A stretch of DNA of 64,000 nt from Anaerolineales bacterium (GCA_003105035.1 PQAL01000036.1:72499-136498), one strand, 5' to 3'. Shown: positions 37,555-47,407, counted from the stretch's first letter. Notes: generated from the letters alone by a model not told the origin. Made by a program: numbers and translations.

Positions 37555-38478
37555 CTAATTTCCCAATAAATCTGCCAGTGCATCGGCAAGGAATGGGAAT
37601 TTAAATTGGTAACCAAGCTCCAACAACCTCTTCGGAACCACCCTGTCACCTTCCAATACCATGGATGCGACTTCTCCCAAGGCAAGCTTCATGGCTGTAG
37701 CCGGCACAGGGAAATAATGTGGCCGCTTCAATACTTTACCTAACGTCCTACCGAACTCATCGTTGCTCAAGGGGGAAGGAGAGGTCAGGTTATAGACACC
37801 TTGAGCATCATTATGCATAATTAAATACCGAATTGCTTCGATCTCATCCTTGATGTGTATCCATGAATACACCTGCTTTCCGCTACCCATCCGGCCTCCC
37901 ACCCATAATTTGTATGGCAGCATAAGCAGCGGTAGTGCTCCACCTCGTTTCGAGAGGACAATGCCATTGCGGGTCACAATCCTGCGTACGCCCATCGCCT
38001 CCACCGGCTTCGAGGAGGCTTCCCACTCAACACTCAATCTAGCCAAGAAATCATTGCCTGCTGGATCCTCCTCTGTGATGACTTTTGGCGATTCAGAGGC
38101 ATAATAATCTATCCCTGAAGCTTGCACAAACACACTGGGTTTTCGCCTGGCTAATTCAATGGCCTTGGTGAGCACCTTGCCCGATTCAACCCGACTTTGT
38201 ACCAATAGCTGCTTGCGTTTTTCCGTCCATCTTGTTGGAGGGAACCCCTTCCCAGACAGGTTCTCGCCAGTTAAGTTGATAATCACCTCACAATTGTCAA
38301 CTTCTCGGGCCCACTCCTGCACAGTTTTACCATCCCAAGGGATGGCACCAATCCCAACCATCGCGGGTACTTTCGTTGGGTTACGGCTCAAGATCAGCAC
38401 TTCGTCACCTGAGGCGACAAGCAGAGAGGCTAGCTCCCTTCCAATCAATCCACTTCCACCTGCCATCATGATGCGCAT
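37555..38478 (-). CDS. TIGR01777/YfcH-like NAD-dependent epimerase/dehydratase family protein (DUF1731 C-terminus)
   Basis: The Rossmann motif is GGSGLIGREL. The C-terminal PKRLLELGYQFKFP is typical of the YfcH family. Confidence 0.8.
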   Translation of the reverse strand: MRIMMAGGSGLIGRELASLLVASGDEVLILSRNPTKVPAMVGIGAIPWDGKTVQEWAREVDNCEVIINLTGENLSGKGFPPTRWTEKRKQLLVQSRVESGKVLTKAIELARRKPSVFVQASGIDYYASESPKVITEEDPAGNDFLARLSVEWEASSKPVEAMGVRRIVTRNGIVLSKRGGALPLLMLPYKLWVGGRMGSGKQVYSWIHIKDEIEAIRYLIMHNDAQGVYNLTSPSPLSNDEFGRTLGKVLKRPHYFPVPATAMKLALGEVASMVLEGDRVVPKRLLELGYQFKFPFLADALADLLGN

Positions 38479-38506
38479 GATATTATCTCCTCCAGTATGA
38501 TCACCG

Positions 38507-38541
38507 CCTGATAATATATCGTATTATGATATATTATCAGG
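38507..38541. promoter_or_regulatory. perfect 14-bp inverted repeat CCTGATAATATATC-N7-GATATATTATCAGG in a divergent intergenic region
   Basis: Read directly from the sequence. It lies 29 nt upstream of the epimerase start (minus strand) and 79 nt upstream of the aminotransferase start (plus strand). Confidence 0.6.
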
Positions 38542-38619
38542 GAATGATAACTTCATTGGATTTTTGTCCCATGATGATAAAATAAACTCCTGTAATGAAC
38601 CGGTATTTGATATTATACG

Positions 38620-39780
38620 ATGCTTAAAGAACAATTCCTGTTGGACCCGGCGGTAATTTTCCTCAACCATGGATCATTTGGTGCCTGCCCGCGCTTGGTG
38701 TTCGAAGCTTATCAAGCCTGGCAGAAAAAACTTGAAGAACAACCTGTACAATTCCTGGGTGTAGAGCTGGATGACAGGCTGCATCACGCCCGCCAGGTAT
38801 TGGGTAAGTACGTGGGAGCACCGGTAAGCGATCTTGTTTTCATACCCAACGCCACACACGGAGTAAACATTGTCTCGCGGTCGCTAAACTTATCTCCGGG
38901 TGATGAAGTGCTCACCTCCGACCAGGAATATGGGGCATGTAATTTCGCCTGGGATTTTGTTTGCCAGAAAACTGGGGCAATCTACAAGCAGCAGCCCATC
39001 CGAACCCCCATCACCAATCCTGATGAAATTATCGACCAGTTTTGGCAAGGAGTGACAGACCGGACTAAAGTTATCTACACCAGCCATATTTGCTCACCGA
39101 CTGCCCTGAGCTTTCCGGTTGGAGAAATTTGCCGACGTGCCCGTGAGGCAGGCATCCTCACGTTAATCGATGGTGCCCATGCTCCCGGCCAGGTACAGCT
39201 CAACCTGTCTTCACTTCAGGCAGATTTCTATACCGGCAACTGCCATAAATGGATGCTGGCTCCCAAGGGTGCCGGTTTTCTGTATGCCCGACCCGATGTT
39301 CAGAATATGCTCGAACCACTAGTCGTGAGTTGGGGTTACCAATCCAAATCGTCCTTACCTCGAGAATCTGCTTTCATCGATCTCTTCCAATGGACGGGAA
39401 CGCGCGATCCAGCTGCCGCCCTTTCCGTCCCGGTTGCAATTGCCTTTATGCACGAACATCAGTGGGAGCAGGTCCAGCTGTGCTGCCATGAGCTGCTGAA
39501 AGATACCATGCAACGGATATCCAGCCTGACGGGCTACCCGCCTCTTTATCCTCTCGCATCTGATCTTTTTTATCAGATGGGTACCATACCCATCCCAAAA
39601 GTGCGCGATCTGAACGAGCTCAAGCAGGGGTTGCTCCATGAGCACCACATCGAGATTCCGACGATAGATTGGAACAACGCCCATTTCCTTCGCCTTTCTG
39701 TTCAGGGGTATAATTCGACATCCGATATGGACGCCCTGATAAACGCTTTAGCCGCTTTGCTGCCGGTTATGTTGGCATAA
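38620..39780 (+). CDS. class V aminotransferase (isopenicillin-N-epimerase/cysteine-desulfurase-like)
   Basis: FLNHGSFGACP at the N-terminus and the PLP lysine context YTGNCHKWM are present. Length is 386 aa. Confidence 0.8.
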   Translation: MLKEQFLLDPAVIFLNHGSFGACPRLVFEAYQAWQKKLEEQPVQFLGVELDDRLHHARQVLGKYVGAPVSDLVFIPNATHGVNIVSRSLNLSPGDEVLTSDQEYGACNFAWDFVCQKTGAIYKQQPIRTPITNPDEIIDQFWQGVTDRTKVIYTSHICSPTALSFPVGEICRRAREAGILTLIDGAHAPGQVQLNLSSLQADFYTGNCHKWMLAPKGAGFLYARPDVQNMLEPLVVSWGYQSKSSLPRESAFIDLFQWTGTRDPAAALSVPVAIAFMHEHQWEQVQLCCHELLKDTMQRISSLTGYPPLYPLASDLFYQMGTIPIPKVRDLNELKQGLLHEHHIEIPTIDWNNAHFLRLSVQGYNSTSDMDALINALAALLPVMLA

Positions 39781-39834
39781 TATTTATCGGGTTAACCATA
39801 AATACATGGAAGATGAAGGTGATTTGATATCCTT

Positions 39835-40542
39835 ATGCCCATCCTAGACCAATGGGAAATCCCTCTGACTATCGATGATGTCCTCCAAGCCCAGGGCGCT
39901 GACCCTCAGGTGATACGGGCGCGCCGGCCAGCCTTGGTGACAGCCACAGAGCATGCCATTGAACGAAGTAATATCTTACTCGAGCCACGCATATTATTTG
40001 AAAAATTTCAGGTTAAACACCTGGTGCACGAGCGGTTGGAGTTGCTTGTGGAAAATCACACACCAGGCAAGGCTTATCTCTCTGGTGAGCTGGTAGTTCG
40101 CCATCTCGCTCGCGCTGAGGAAGTTGTCGTCATGGTCGCAACCATCGGTAACCAGCTGGACGATATGGTTTCAAGCTTGTTCAAGGTCGATCCAGTCATT
40201 GCAGTCGCCCTGGATGGAGTGGGGTCAGCGGCAGTCGAGAAACTGGCTATCCAGGCTGCGAATCATTTTGAGGCATCTGCACATAAAGACGGATTGAACA
40301 CCACAATCCCATTAAACCCGGGCATGGTTGGCTGGCCGGTTGATCAAGGCCAACCGGAGATATTCTCGCTTCTCGACAGTCAGCTTATCCAGGTCGATCT
40401 GACCGATTCATGCATGATGTCACCCAATAAATCGCTATCCATGGTGCTCGGAATAGGCCGGGATGTGTCGCCGATCGGATCTTCCTGTGATTATTGCAGC
40501 CTGAATGGCGTATGTAGATATCAAAATCATTATGCCAGCTAA
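39835..40542 (+). CDS. methionine-synthase activation-domain-like (Met_synt_B12-like) stand-alone protein
   Basis: The pattern VMVATIGNQLD...ALDGVGSAAVEKLA...PLNPGMVGWPVDQGQPEIFSLLD...LTDSCMMSPNKSLSMVLGIG resembles the AdoMet-binding reactivation domain of MetH. A C-terminal CDYCSLNGVC is also present. Confidence 0.55.
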   Translation: MPILDQWEIPLTIDDVLQAQGADPQVIRARRPALVTATEHAIERSNILLEPRILFEKFQVKHLVHERLELLVENHTPGKAYLSGELVVRHLARAEEVVVMVATIGNQLDDMVSSLFKVDPVIAVALDGVGSAAVEKLAIQAANHFEASAHKDGLNTTIPLNPGMVGWPVDQGQPEIFSLLDSQLIQVDLTDSCMMSPNKSLSMVLGIGRDVSPIGSSCDYCSLNGVCRYQNHYAS

Positions 40543-42364
40543 AACGCTATTCACGGTTAATTTTCAGCCTATCGGAAAACGTGTACAGGTTGATCCTGAG
40601 ACCACGCTATTGGCAGCTGCTCAGGGTGCAGGGATCGATATCGCCTCGATTTGCGGAGGCGTTGGTATCTGTAATAGCTGCAAAGTACGCCTGGTTAGTG
40701 GCTTACTGAGTGCGCTAACGTTTGAAGAGGAAGCGATCTTTACCGACGAGGAGCTGTCCTCCGGGTTTCGCCTGGCTTGCCAAGCGTATGCTGAAAATGA
40801 CCTGACCATTGAAATACCGCCAGAATCGCTCACTGCACCTCAAAGATTACAGATTGAAGGTCAAGGCCAGTCTGTATTAATTGAACCAGTGGTACGGTCA
40901 ATAACAGTGTCCATCCCCGAACCATCAATTTCTGATTTAAGGTCGGATGCAACGAGATTAACCGATGTACTTTGTAGCGCAGGTGAAATTCCACCTTTTC
41001 ACTTTGCTGCGCCTGTCCTGGACGAGCTATCACCTCTGCTTCGCAACCAGCAATGGCACACGAATGTGGTTATGCGCAACGACCAGATTATTGCCATCCT
41101 ACCTCCATCACTACCTCTACTCGGTCTTGCTGTTGACGTCGGTACCACAAAATTAGCTGCCTATCTGTGTGACCTCACCACTGGCGCTGTGATTGCCAAG
41201 GCAGGTGCCATGAACCCGCAGACGGCCTTCGGTGAAGATGTCATCAGCCGCATCAGTTATTCCCATAACAATCCCAATGGCCGTAGCCTGCTGCAGCACA
41301 GGCTGGTAGAGACCCTTAACCAGCTCATTCAGGACCTATGCTTAAAAGCAGGCACTTTCAAAGCTCCAATTTTCCCCACTCAGATCATTGAAGCTGTGGT
41401 GGTCGGCAATACCGCTATGCACCACCTGTTTGCTGGGCTGCCCGTACACCAGCTCGGTATTGCCCCATACGTGCCTGCCGTTAGTGAGGCCCTCGAAATC
41501 GAGGCTGTCAGGATCGGTCTAGCTATCGCCCCAGGGGCAAAGATCTACCTGCCTCCCAATATTGCCGGGTATGTTGGTGCAGATCATGTGTCAATGTTAC
41601 TGGCGACGGGGGTCTGGTCATCCACAAAGACTGCCATCGCCCTGGATATTGGCACGAACACAGAGATTTCACTTGTTCATAACAACCAGATCCTGGCTTG
41701 TTCGTGTGCATCCGGTCCAGCATTTGAAGGAGCGCATATCGGATCAGGGATGCGTGCTGCACCTGGTGCGGTCGAACGCGTCCAGGTGATCCAGGGTGAT
41801 GTACGAACTCAGACCATCGATGGTCTTCCAGCAGTGGGCATCTGCGGCTCAGGCATCCTGGATGCCCTGGCCTGCATGCTTCAAATTGGTGCCATGGACC
41901 AGCGTGGGTCGTTTACACGCAGCCACCCACTGGTTCGCCAAACAGGGAACACACCTGAATTCCTGCTGGTTGATAAATCACAGACCGGCACCGGCCAAGA
42001 CCTGACCATCTCCCGTAAGGATGTCAATGAGATTCAACTGGCAAAGGGTGCTATCCGGGCGGGCGTTGAGGTCTTGCTGGAAGTGGCAGGTATCCCCGCG
42101 GAGGCACTGGAGGAATTCATCATTGCAGGTGCCTTCGGTACCTATATCAACGTACCCAGCGCGATCCAGATTGGGATGTTCCCCTCCCTGCCGCTTGAGC
42201 GTTTTAACCAAGTAGGGAATGCTGCGGGTGAAGGAGCGCGCCAAATGCTGCTTTCAACTTCTCAGCGCAAAACCGCCCAGGAGGTTGCCAGGCGGGTGAA
42301 GTACGTTGAGCTATCCAATTACCCTGGTTTCACGAACATTTTCTCAAGATCGTTGTTCTTCTAA
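40532..42364 (+). CDS. RACo-like corrinoid reductive activase (N-terminal [2Fe-2S] ferredoxin plus ASKHA ATPase/DUF4445)
   Basis: The plant-type ferredoxin motif is CGGVGICNSCKV...C. The ASKHA phosphate-1 motif is GLAVDVGTTKLAAYL, with later DIGTNTEI, CSCASGPAFEG and GICGSG. Start moved to ATG 40532 (MPAKTLFTVNF). Confidence 0.8.
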   Translation: MPAKTLFTVNFQPIGKRVQVDPETTLLAAAQGAGIDIASICGGVGICNSCKVRLVSGLLSALTFEEEAIFTDEELSSGFRLACQAYAENDLTIEIPPESLTAPQRLQIEGQGQSVLIEPVVRSITVSIPEPSISDLRSDATRLTDVLCSAGEIPPFHFAAPVLDELSPLLRNQQWHTNVVMRNDQIIAILPPSLPLLGLAVDVGTTKLAAYLCDLTTGAVIAKAGAMNPQTAFGEDVISRISYSHNNPNGRSLLQHRLVETLNQLIQDLCLKAGTFKAPIFPTQIIEAVVVGNTAMHHLFAGLPVHQLGIAPYVPAVSEALEIEAVRIGLAIAPGAKIYLPPNIAGYVGADHVSMLLATGVWSSTKTAIALDIGTNTEISLVHNNQILACSCASGPAFEGAHIGSGMRAAPGAVERVQVIQGDVRTQTIDGLPAVGICGSGILDALACMLQIGAMDQRGSFTRSHPLVRQTGNTPEFLLVDKSQTGTGQDLTISRKDVNEIQLAKGAIRAGVEVLLEVAGIPAEALEEFIIAGAFGTYINVPSAIQIGMFPSLPLERFNQVGNAAGEGARQMLLSTSQRKTAQEVARRVKYVELSNYPGFTNIFSRSLFF

Positions 42365-44943
42365 CCTCGGTCGGCCAGTACTTTTAACAAAGCCAGCGCT
42401 TCCCGCTTGCCGCCGTACCCCACCTCACCCCCAGGCCCTACGCAGGATGGGCAGCCATCTTCACAGGCACAGGCTTCCACCAACTCGCATCCCCGCAGCA
42501 TCAGCTCAGCATGGATTTCGTACAATCTTTCGGATAAGCCAATCCCACCTGGGATCTTGTCATAGAGGATGACAGCAGGCTTACCTTCCGCGAGTGATGA
42601 TTGCGGGTCAGAGTGGATCCCCAGGTCGCCAATGTCGCACATCAGGAAGAGAGGTGCCAGGTTACCCAGGGTGAAGGCCAGGCCAGCCAGGCCACTACGC
42701 ACTCGCACGGCAGTCTCAATTTTCCGGTGGCAGGAATTACAAACCGTGATCAGGTTAGCCAGTTGGTTGGCTTGTTCAGCAGTGTCGAACATGCGGAATG
42801 GAACCTTGTGATGGATATGATGCGCCTTGTCACCTTCTGGTAAACCGCATACCTGGCACCTGAATCCATCCCTGGCCCGGGCCAGGTCGCGCATTTTAGG
42901 CCATGAAGGTCCATAGTCATTCGGAGCATTTGACCACAATCCCTCGTCTTTTAGCTTATCGACCGTTGCATCCGCTAACGCCAACCAATACCCCGTAGTC
43001 AATAATTCAGTGGGCGGCAGATCCAGGCTCTCAAGACCCAACGTTTCATTGGTATGCCACCTGATCTTCCTGAAACCAATCACTTGAGAAGTTACCTGCA
43101 CATCCCCGTATGCTTTACTCCCTCCAGGCACGCCGGTTTCGTACTTTTTTTCCACCTGCTGGACGATATCTTCACGGCGAGGCTCGGTATAGTAATCCAC
43201 GCTACTTGGCTGCAGGGTGGCAATATGCTGCCCCAGGTCAAGGTCTTTCACCAGGTAGGTTGTTCCTTCGTGCATGTAGACTGCGCCAGGATGCACCATC
43301 CAATACGAGCTGGCAGTATCCACTTCACCAATCGTCAGGGAGGCATTTTCATCGCGGGTATTTCCCACAGGTGCTTGTAATAAAACTGTATCAGTGGAAG
43401 CGCTGCGTAAAGACACATTCTGAGCTGGGTATTTATCAGCCATCCAAAAAAACTTGTTCCCTGAGCGGTGGAGCACGCCTTCACCTTGTAGAAAATCCAT
43501 CAGCTCCTGCATCTCAGATGGTCGGATAGAGCCAAATACTTCGTCGGATGTGAACGGTAGCTCGAATGCAGCACACCTTAAGTGTCCCAGCAGGATGAGC
43601 AAGTTATCTGGGTTGATCATGCCGTGCTCGGGTGACTGGCTAAAGAAATAATCAGGATGCTGTGCCAGGTATTGATCCAACGGATTTGGGGATGCAATCA
43701 ACACCGCCAAAGAAGGCTTATCCCCTCGTCCAGCCCGACCGGCTTGCTGCCAGGTTGCTGCAATTGTCCCTGGATAGCCGACCAGCAGTGACGCCTCCAT
43801 ACCACCAATATCGATGCCGAGCTCCAGGGCGTTGGTAGCGACGACCACCCGTACATCACCCTTGCGCAGTCCCTCTTCAATCGCCCTGCGTTGCCCAGGC
43901 AGGTAGCCAGAGCGATACCCCCGGATAATACCTTCTTCATCTACCTCTTTCCCAGTGATAGGCGATTTTATACCCCGGGCTTGTTCACGCAGGTAGGTCA
44001 GGATGATTTCCACTGTCCGACGGGCTCGACTGAAGACGATGGTTTGTAAATTGTGGCTCAATAAGTCATCCGCCAGGCTGACCCCTGATTGGATGGCACT
44101 CTTGCGCAATCCCAGGCTTTTATCGAGAATGGGAGGGTTATAAATCAGGAAGTGTTTTTCCCCTTTGCCTGCCCCATCATTGTCAATCAAGGTCACCGGC
44201 TCATCAATCATCCGCCGACCCAGATCATCCGGGTTGCCAATCGTCGCTGAAGTCAGGATGAATTGGGGAGTGGCGCCGTAAAATTTAGCCACCCGCTTCA
44301 ATCGGCGGATCACATTCGCCACGTGCGAGCCGAATACCCCGCGGTAGCTATGGACTTCATCAATCACTACAAACCGCAGGCCATGAAAAAATTGCGCCCA
44401 TCCGGTGTGGTGCGGAAGAATACCGGTATGCAGCATGTCTGGGTTGGTTAGTACGAGACGTGCCTGGCTACGGATGGTAGACCGTGCATGGACAGGGGTA
44501 TCGCCATCATAAATCGCACATTTCAGACTATTTACTGCTTCTATACTTTCGTTATTCGCCTGGATTTGAGACGATAACGCTTGAAGAACGGTCAGCTGAT
44601 CCTGAGCCAGTGCCTTGGTTGGGAATATATAAAGAGCGGTTGCTTCTTTATCCTTAACAAAATGATCAAGTACCGCCAGGTTATAACACAAGGTCTTCCC
44701 GCTGGCAGTTCCTGTGACAATGACGATATTTTCTCCATCATTAATCGCAAAATAAGACGACGTCTGATGTGTATATAATGACCGATACCCACGACTTTCT
44801 AATGCTCTTCTTAGCGCTGGGTGGACGCCCTCCGGAATTGGAGCAAAGCTGGCAATTTTTCTCGGTAGGCGGCGCCATTCAATCAGGTTCGGTCCCACTT
44901 GCGGATCGGATCTCCAGTGGGCTAATAATGCTGAGAGTGTCAT
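42361..44943 (-). CDS. MrfA/YprA-like DEXH-box helicase with C-terminal DUF1998 (MZB) zinc domain and an inserted HNH nuclease module
   Basis: Helicase motifs are TGTASGKT, VIDEVH, TSAT, and ATNALELGIDIG...QQAGRAGR. The HNH module at 42715-42858 reads CQVCG...HHIHHKVPF...N..NLITVCNSCHRKIE. The DUF1998 end reads LMCDIGDLG...ACACEDGCPSCV. Confidence 0.85.
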   Translation of the reverse strand: MTLSALLAHWRSDPQVGPNLIEWRRLPRKIASFAPIPEGVHPALRRALESRGYRSLYTHQTSSYFAINDGENIVIVTGTASGKTLCYNLAVLDHFVKDKEATALYIFPTKALAQDQLTVLQALSSQIQANNESIEAVNSLKCAIYDGDTPVHARSTIRSQARLVLTNPDMLHTGILPHHTGWAQFFHGLRFVVIDEVHSYRGVFGSHVANVIRRLKRVAKFYGATPQFILTSATIGNPDDLGRRMIDEPVTLIDNDGAGKGEKHFLIYNPPILDKSLGLRKSAIQSGVSLADDLLSHNLQTIVFSRARRTVEIILTYLREQARGIKSPITGKEVDEEGIIRGYRSGYLPGQRRAIEEGLRKGDVRVVVATNALELGIDIGGMEASLLVGYPGTIAATWQQAGRAGRGDKPSLAVLIASPNPLDQYLAQHPDYFFSQSPEHGMINPDNLLILLGHLRCAAFELPFTSDEVFGSIRPSEMQELMDFLQGEGVLHRSGNKFFWMADKYPAQNVSLRSASTDTVLLQAPVGNTRDENASLTIGEVDTASSYWMVHPGAVYMHEGTTYLVKDLDLGQHIATLQPSSVDYYTEPRREDIVQQVEKKYETGVPGGSKAYGDVQVTSQVIGFRKIRWHTNETLGLESLDLPPTELLTTGYWLALADATVDKLKDEGLWSNAPNDYGPSWPKMRDLARARDGFRCQVCGLPEGDKAHHIHHKVPFRMFDTAEQANQLANLITVCNSCHRKIETAVRVRSGLAGLAFTLGNLAPLFLMCDIGDLGIHSDPQSSLAEGKPAVILYDKIPGGIGLSERLYEIHAELMLRGCELVEACACEDGCPSCVGPGGEVGYGGKREALALLKVLADRG

Positions 44944-45003
44944 AATCTATTATTATACTCACAAGGAAGTGAAAGCCGTATTGGGCGGGTATAATTATGC
45001 TTG

Positions 45004-46017
45004 ATGGCAGCTCACTCTCGTCTGCATTGGGGTCTCCTTGGTACAGGCCGGATCAATCGGGCAGTGATCCCACCCATCCGCTCATCAAACAGGAGTGCTT
45101 TGCTGGCAGTCGCCAGCCGAACCCAGGAAAGAGCCGCTGCCTATGCATCCGAATGGGGCATTCCCCGCTACCATGCTAGTTATGAAGCCCTTTTGCAAGA
45201 CCATGAAATCGATGTGGTGTACATCTCGTTACCCAATAGCCTGCACGCAGAATGGTCAATTCGGGCGATGCAGTCAGGCAAGCATGTATTATGTGAGAAG
45301 CCGCTTACCACCAGCACCATCGATATGGATAAGGTGATCAAGACCGCACAATTAACCGGGATGGTGATTGCCGAAGCATACATGTATCGCCACCATCCCC
45401 AGACCCTGTTGGTCAAAATGATGCTCGACCAGGGTGATATTGGCAGCGTTCAGCTGATCCGAGGCTCATTCAGCTATACCAATACTCGCCCATCCGACCC
45501 GCGTTTTTCGCTGAATCTGGGCGGAGGTTGCTTATGGGATGTGGGCTGCTACCCGATCGGCTATGCCAGCTTTCTTACTGGGAAGCACCCTGAAGAAGTG
45601 TACGGCCAGCAGATCACCGGCCCAACCGGTGTAGACTTGTTTTTCGCAGGCCAGCTAATTTATCCAGACCAGATAACCTGCCAGTTTGATTGCAGCTTCA
45701 TTTCGGAATACAAGGCCGAAATTGAGATCACAGGCACAAAAGGTCGCATCACTGTCCCGGAGCCATATAAACCAGGGACAAAAACCAGGATTATTCAAAA
45801 ACTCTCCGGGCAAGAAAAAATCTTTAAAGTTAAGGGGCAAGAACTTTACCAGGGTGAAATAATAGACATCGAGGATGCGGTTTTGTTGGGCGAACTACCA
45901 AGGGTCAGTTTACAAGAAAGCCGGGGAATCATAAAAACCACCGAAGCGTTGTACCAATCAGCCCGGTTATCCACATATGTATCAATTCAAGAATTAACCA
46001 ACCAGGAAAAATTTTAA
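45004..46017 (+). CDS. Gfo/Idh/MocA family oxidoreductase
   Basis: The N-terminal Rossmann motif is WGLLGTGRIN, and EKP is present (VLCEKPL). Length is ~337 aa. Confidence 0.85.
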   Translation: MAAHSRLHWGLLGTGRINRAVIPPIRSSNRSALLAVASRTQERAAAYASEWGIPRYHASYEALLQDHEIDVVYISLPNSLHAEWSIRAMQSGKHVLCEKPLTTSTIDMDKVIKTAQLTGMVIAEAYMYRHHPQTLLVKMMLDQGDIGSVQLIRGSFSYTNTRPSDPRFSLNLGGGCLWDVGCYPIGYASFLTGKHPEEVYGQQITGPTGVDLFFAGQLIYPDQITCQFDCSFISEYKAEIEITGTKGRITVPEPYKPGTKTRIIQKLSGQEKIFKVKGQELYQGEIIDIEDAVLLGELPRVSLQESRGIIKTTEALYQSARLSTYVSIQELTNQEKF

Positions 46018-46019
46018 CG

Positions 46020-46340
46020 ATGATAACTATAAATTCTGATGCTAATCCAGTTCAAGTGCTACCCGGGCTGACCCGCCGGACTCTAGCCACCGGGCAATCC
46101 ATCATGATCTGCGAATTCACCTTTGATGCCCATATCGAGATTCCTGTGCATACTCATCCGCACGAACAAGTGGGCTATCTTGCGAAAGGCAGGATGGAAA
46201 TGATCATCGATGGCAAAAAATACGAGCTTAAAATGGGTGATACTTACTGTGCTCTGCCGAATGTTCCCCATGGTGCATTCAGCCTGGAACCATCTGTGAT
46301 GGTGGATACTTTCTGCCCTCCTCGGGAGGATTACCGATGA
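46020..46340 (+). CDS. cupin domain protein
   Basis: 106 aa with HTHPHEQVGY...G.......PH, the two-motif cupin metal site. Confidence 0.8.
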   Translation: MITINSDANPVQVLPGLTRRTLATGQSIMICEFTFDAHIEIPVHTHPHEQVGYLAKGRMEMIIDGKKYELKMGDTYCALPNVPHGAFSLEPSVMVDTFCPPREDYR

Positions 46341-47347
46341 ATATTCTCGTGACTGGAGGGGCAGGCTACATCGGCAGCCACACCTGCGTGGAGCTTCTGA
46401 ATGCTGGCTATCAGGTCACCGTGGTGGACAACCTTTCCAACAGCAAGGAAGAATCGTTACATCGCGTTCAAGAGCTGGCTGGCAAGAAGTTATCCTTCCA
46501 TAAAGTAGACATCCGTGACCGTGAAGGTTTAACGTCCATATTAAAGACTTATCCGGTTCATGCAGTAATCCACTTCGCTGGGTTTAAGGCAGTTGGGGAA
46601 TCGGTCACTATCCCATTGAGCTATTATGATAATAATATAACGGGAACCCTGGTCTTATTAGAGGTTATGAAGGAAGCTGCCGTCAAAAATATTGTTTTTA
46701 GCTCTTCTTCAACTGTTTATGGCTATTCTAACAATGTTCCTTTCAAGGAATATTACCCCTTGGGTGCCATCAATCCCTATGGACGCACGAAGCTTATGAT
46801 TGAAGAAATCATGCGCGATCTGCATGCCGCCGAGCCAGAGTGGAACATTGCCTTGCTCCGCTATTTCAACCCCGTGGGGGCACACCCCAGTGGCCGAATT
46901 GGCGAAGACCCAAACGGGATTCCCAATAACCTGATGCCATATGTGGCCCAGGTGGCAGTCGGCAGGCATCCATATGTGCGGGTGTGGGGCAACGATTATC
47001 CTACCCTGGATGGCACCGGCGTCAGGGATTATATCCATGTCATGGACCTGGCTACTGGTCATATCAAAGCCCTTGAGAGACTGGATGAAAATCCAGGATT
47101 GGTAACCTACAATCTTGGCACCGGCCGCGGCTACAGCGTGCTGGAGGTGATCAAGGCTTTTGAAAAAGCATGCGGACATAATATCCCGTACCAGATCATG
47201 GAACGTCGCTCCGGTGATGCAGCTATCTCATATTGTGATCCTTCGCGCGCAAGGACTGAGCTGAATTGGATTGCCCAACGCGGCCTGGATGATATGTGCC
47301 GGGATGCCTGGCGCTGGCAGTCTCAGAATCCGGAAGGTTATGCCTGA
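46337..47347 (+). CDS. galE: UDP-glucose 4-epimerase
   Basis: VTGGAGYIGSH, SSSTVYG and YGRTK (the YxxxK catalytic motif) are present. RDYIHVMDLA and length of 336 aa also fit GalE. Confidence 0.93.
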   Translation: MNILVTGGAGYIGSHTCVELLNAGYQVTVVDNLSNSKEESLHRVQELAGKKLSFHKVDIRDREGLTSILKTYPVHAVIHFAGFKAVGESVTIPLSYYDNNITGTLVLLEVMKEAAVKNIVFSSSSTVYGYSNNVPFKEYYPLGAINPYGRTKLMIEEIMRDLHAAEPEWNIALLRYFNPVGAHPSGRIGEDPNGIPNNLMPYVAQVAVGRHPYVRVWGNDYPTLDGTGVRDYIHVMDLATGHIKALERLDENPGLVTYNLGTGRGYSVLEVIKAFEKACGHNIPYQIMERRSGDAAISYCDPSRARTELNWIAQRGLDDMCRDAWRWQSQNPEGYA

Positions 47348-47407
47348 TCAAGTCTGCTCGACGACACTAGCATTAAGCAGAAGCTGCCACACAAGAAAGG
47401 ACAGGAT

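Noticed and set aside
38507-38541. Reading the AT-rich palindrome as a Fur box.
   Set aside because: GATAAT/ATTATC hexamers are present, but the arms are 14 bp with a 7-bp spacer. This does not fit the 19-bp or 7-1-7 Fur-family consensus. It is kept only as an unassigned operator-like dyad.
42361-44943. Interpreting the DUF1998 helicase as part of a DISARM-like defence island.
   Set aside because: No drmB/drmC/methylase or other defence genes flank it. The N-terminus and overall layout match the MrfA/YprA repair helicase type.
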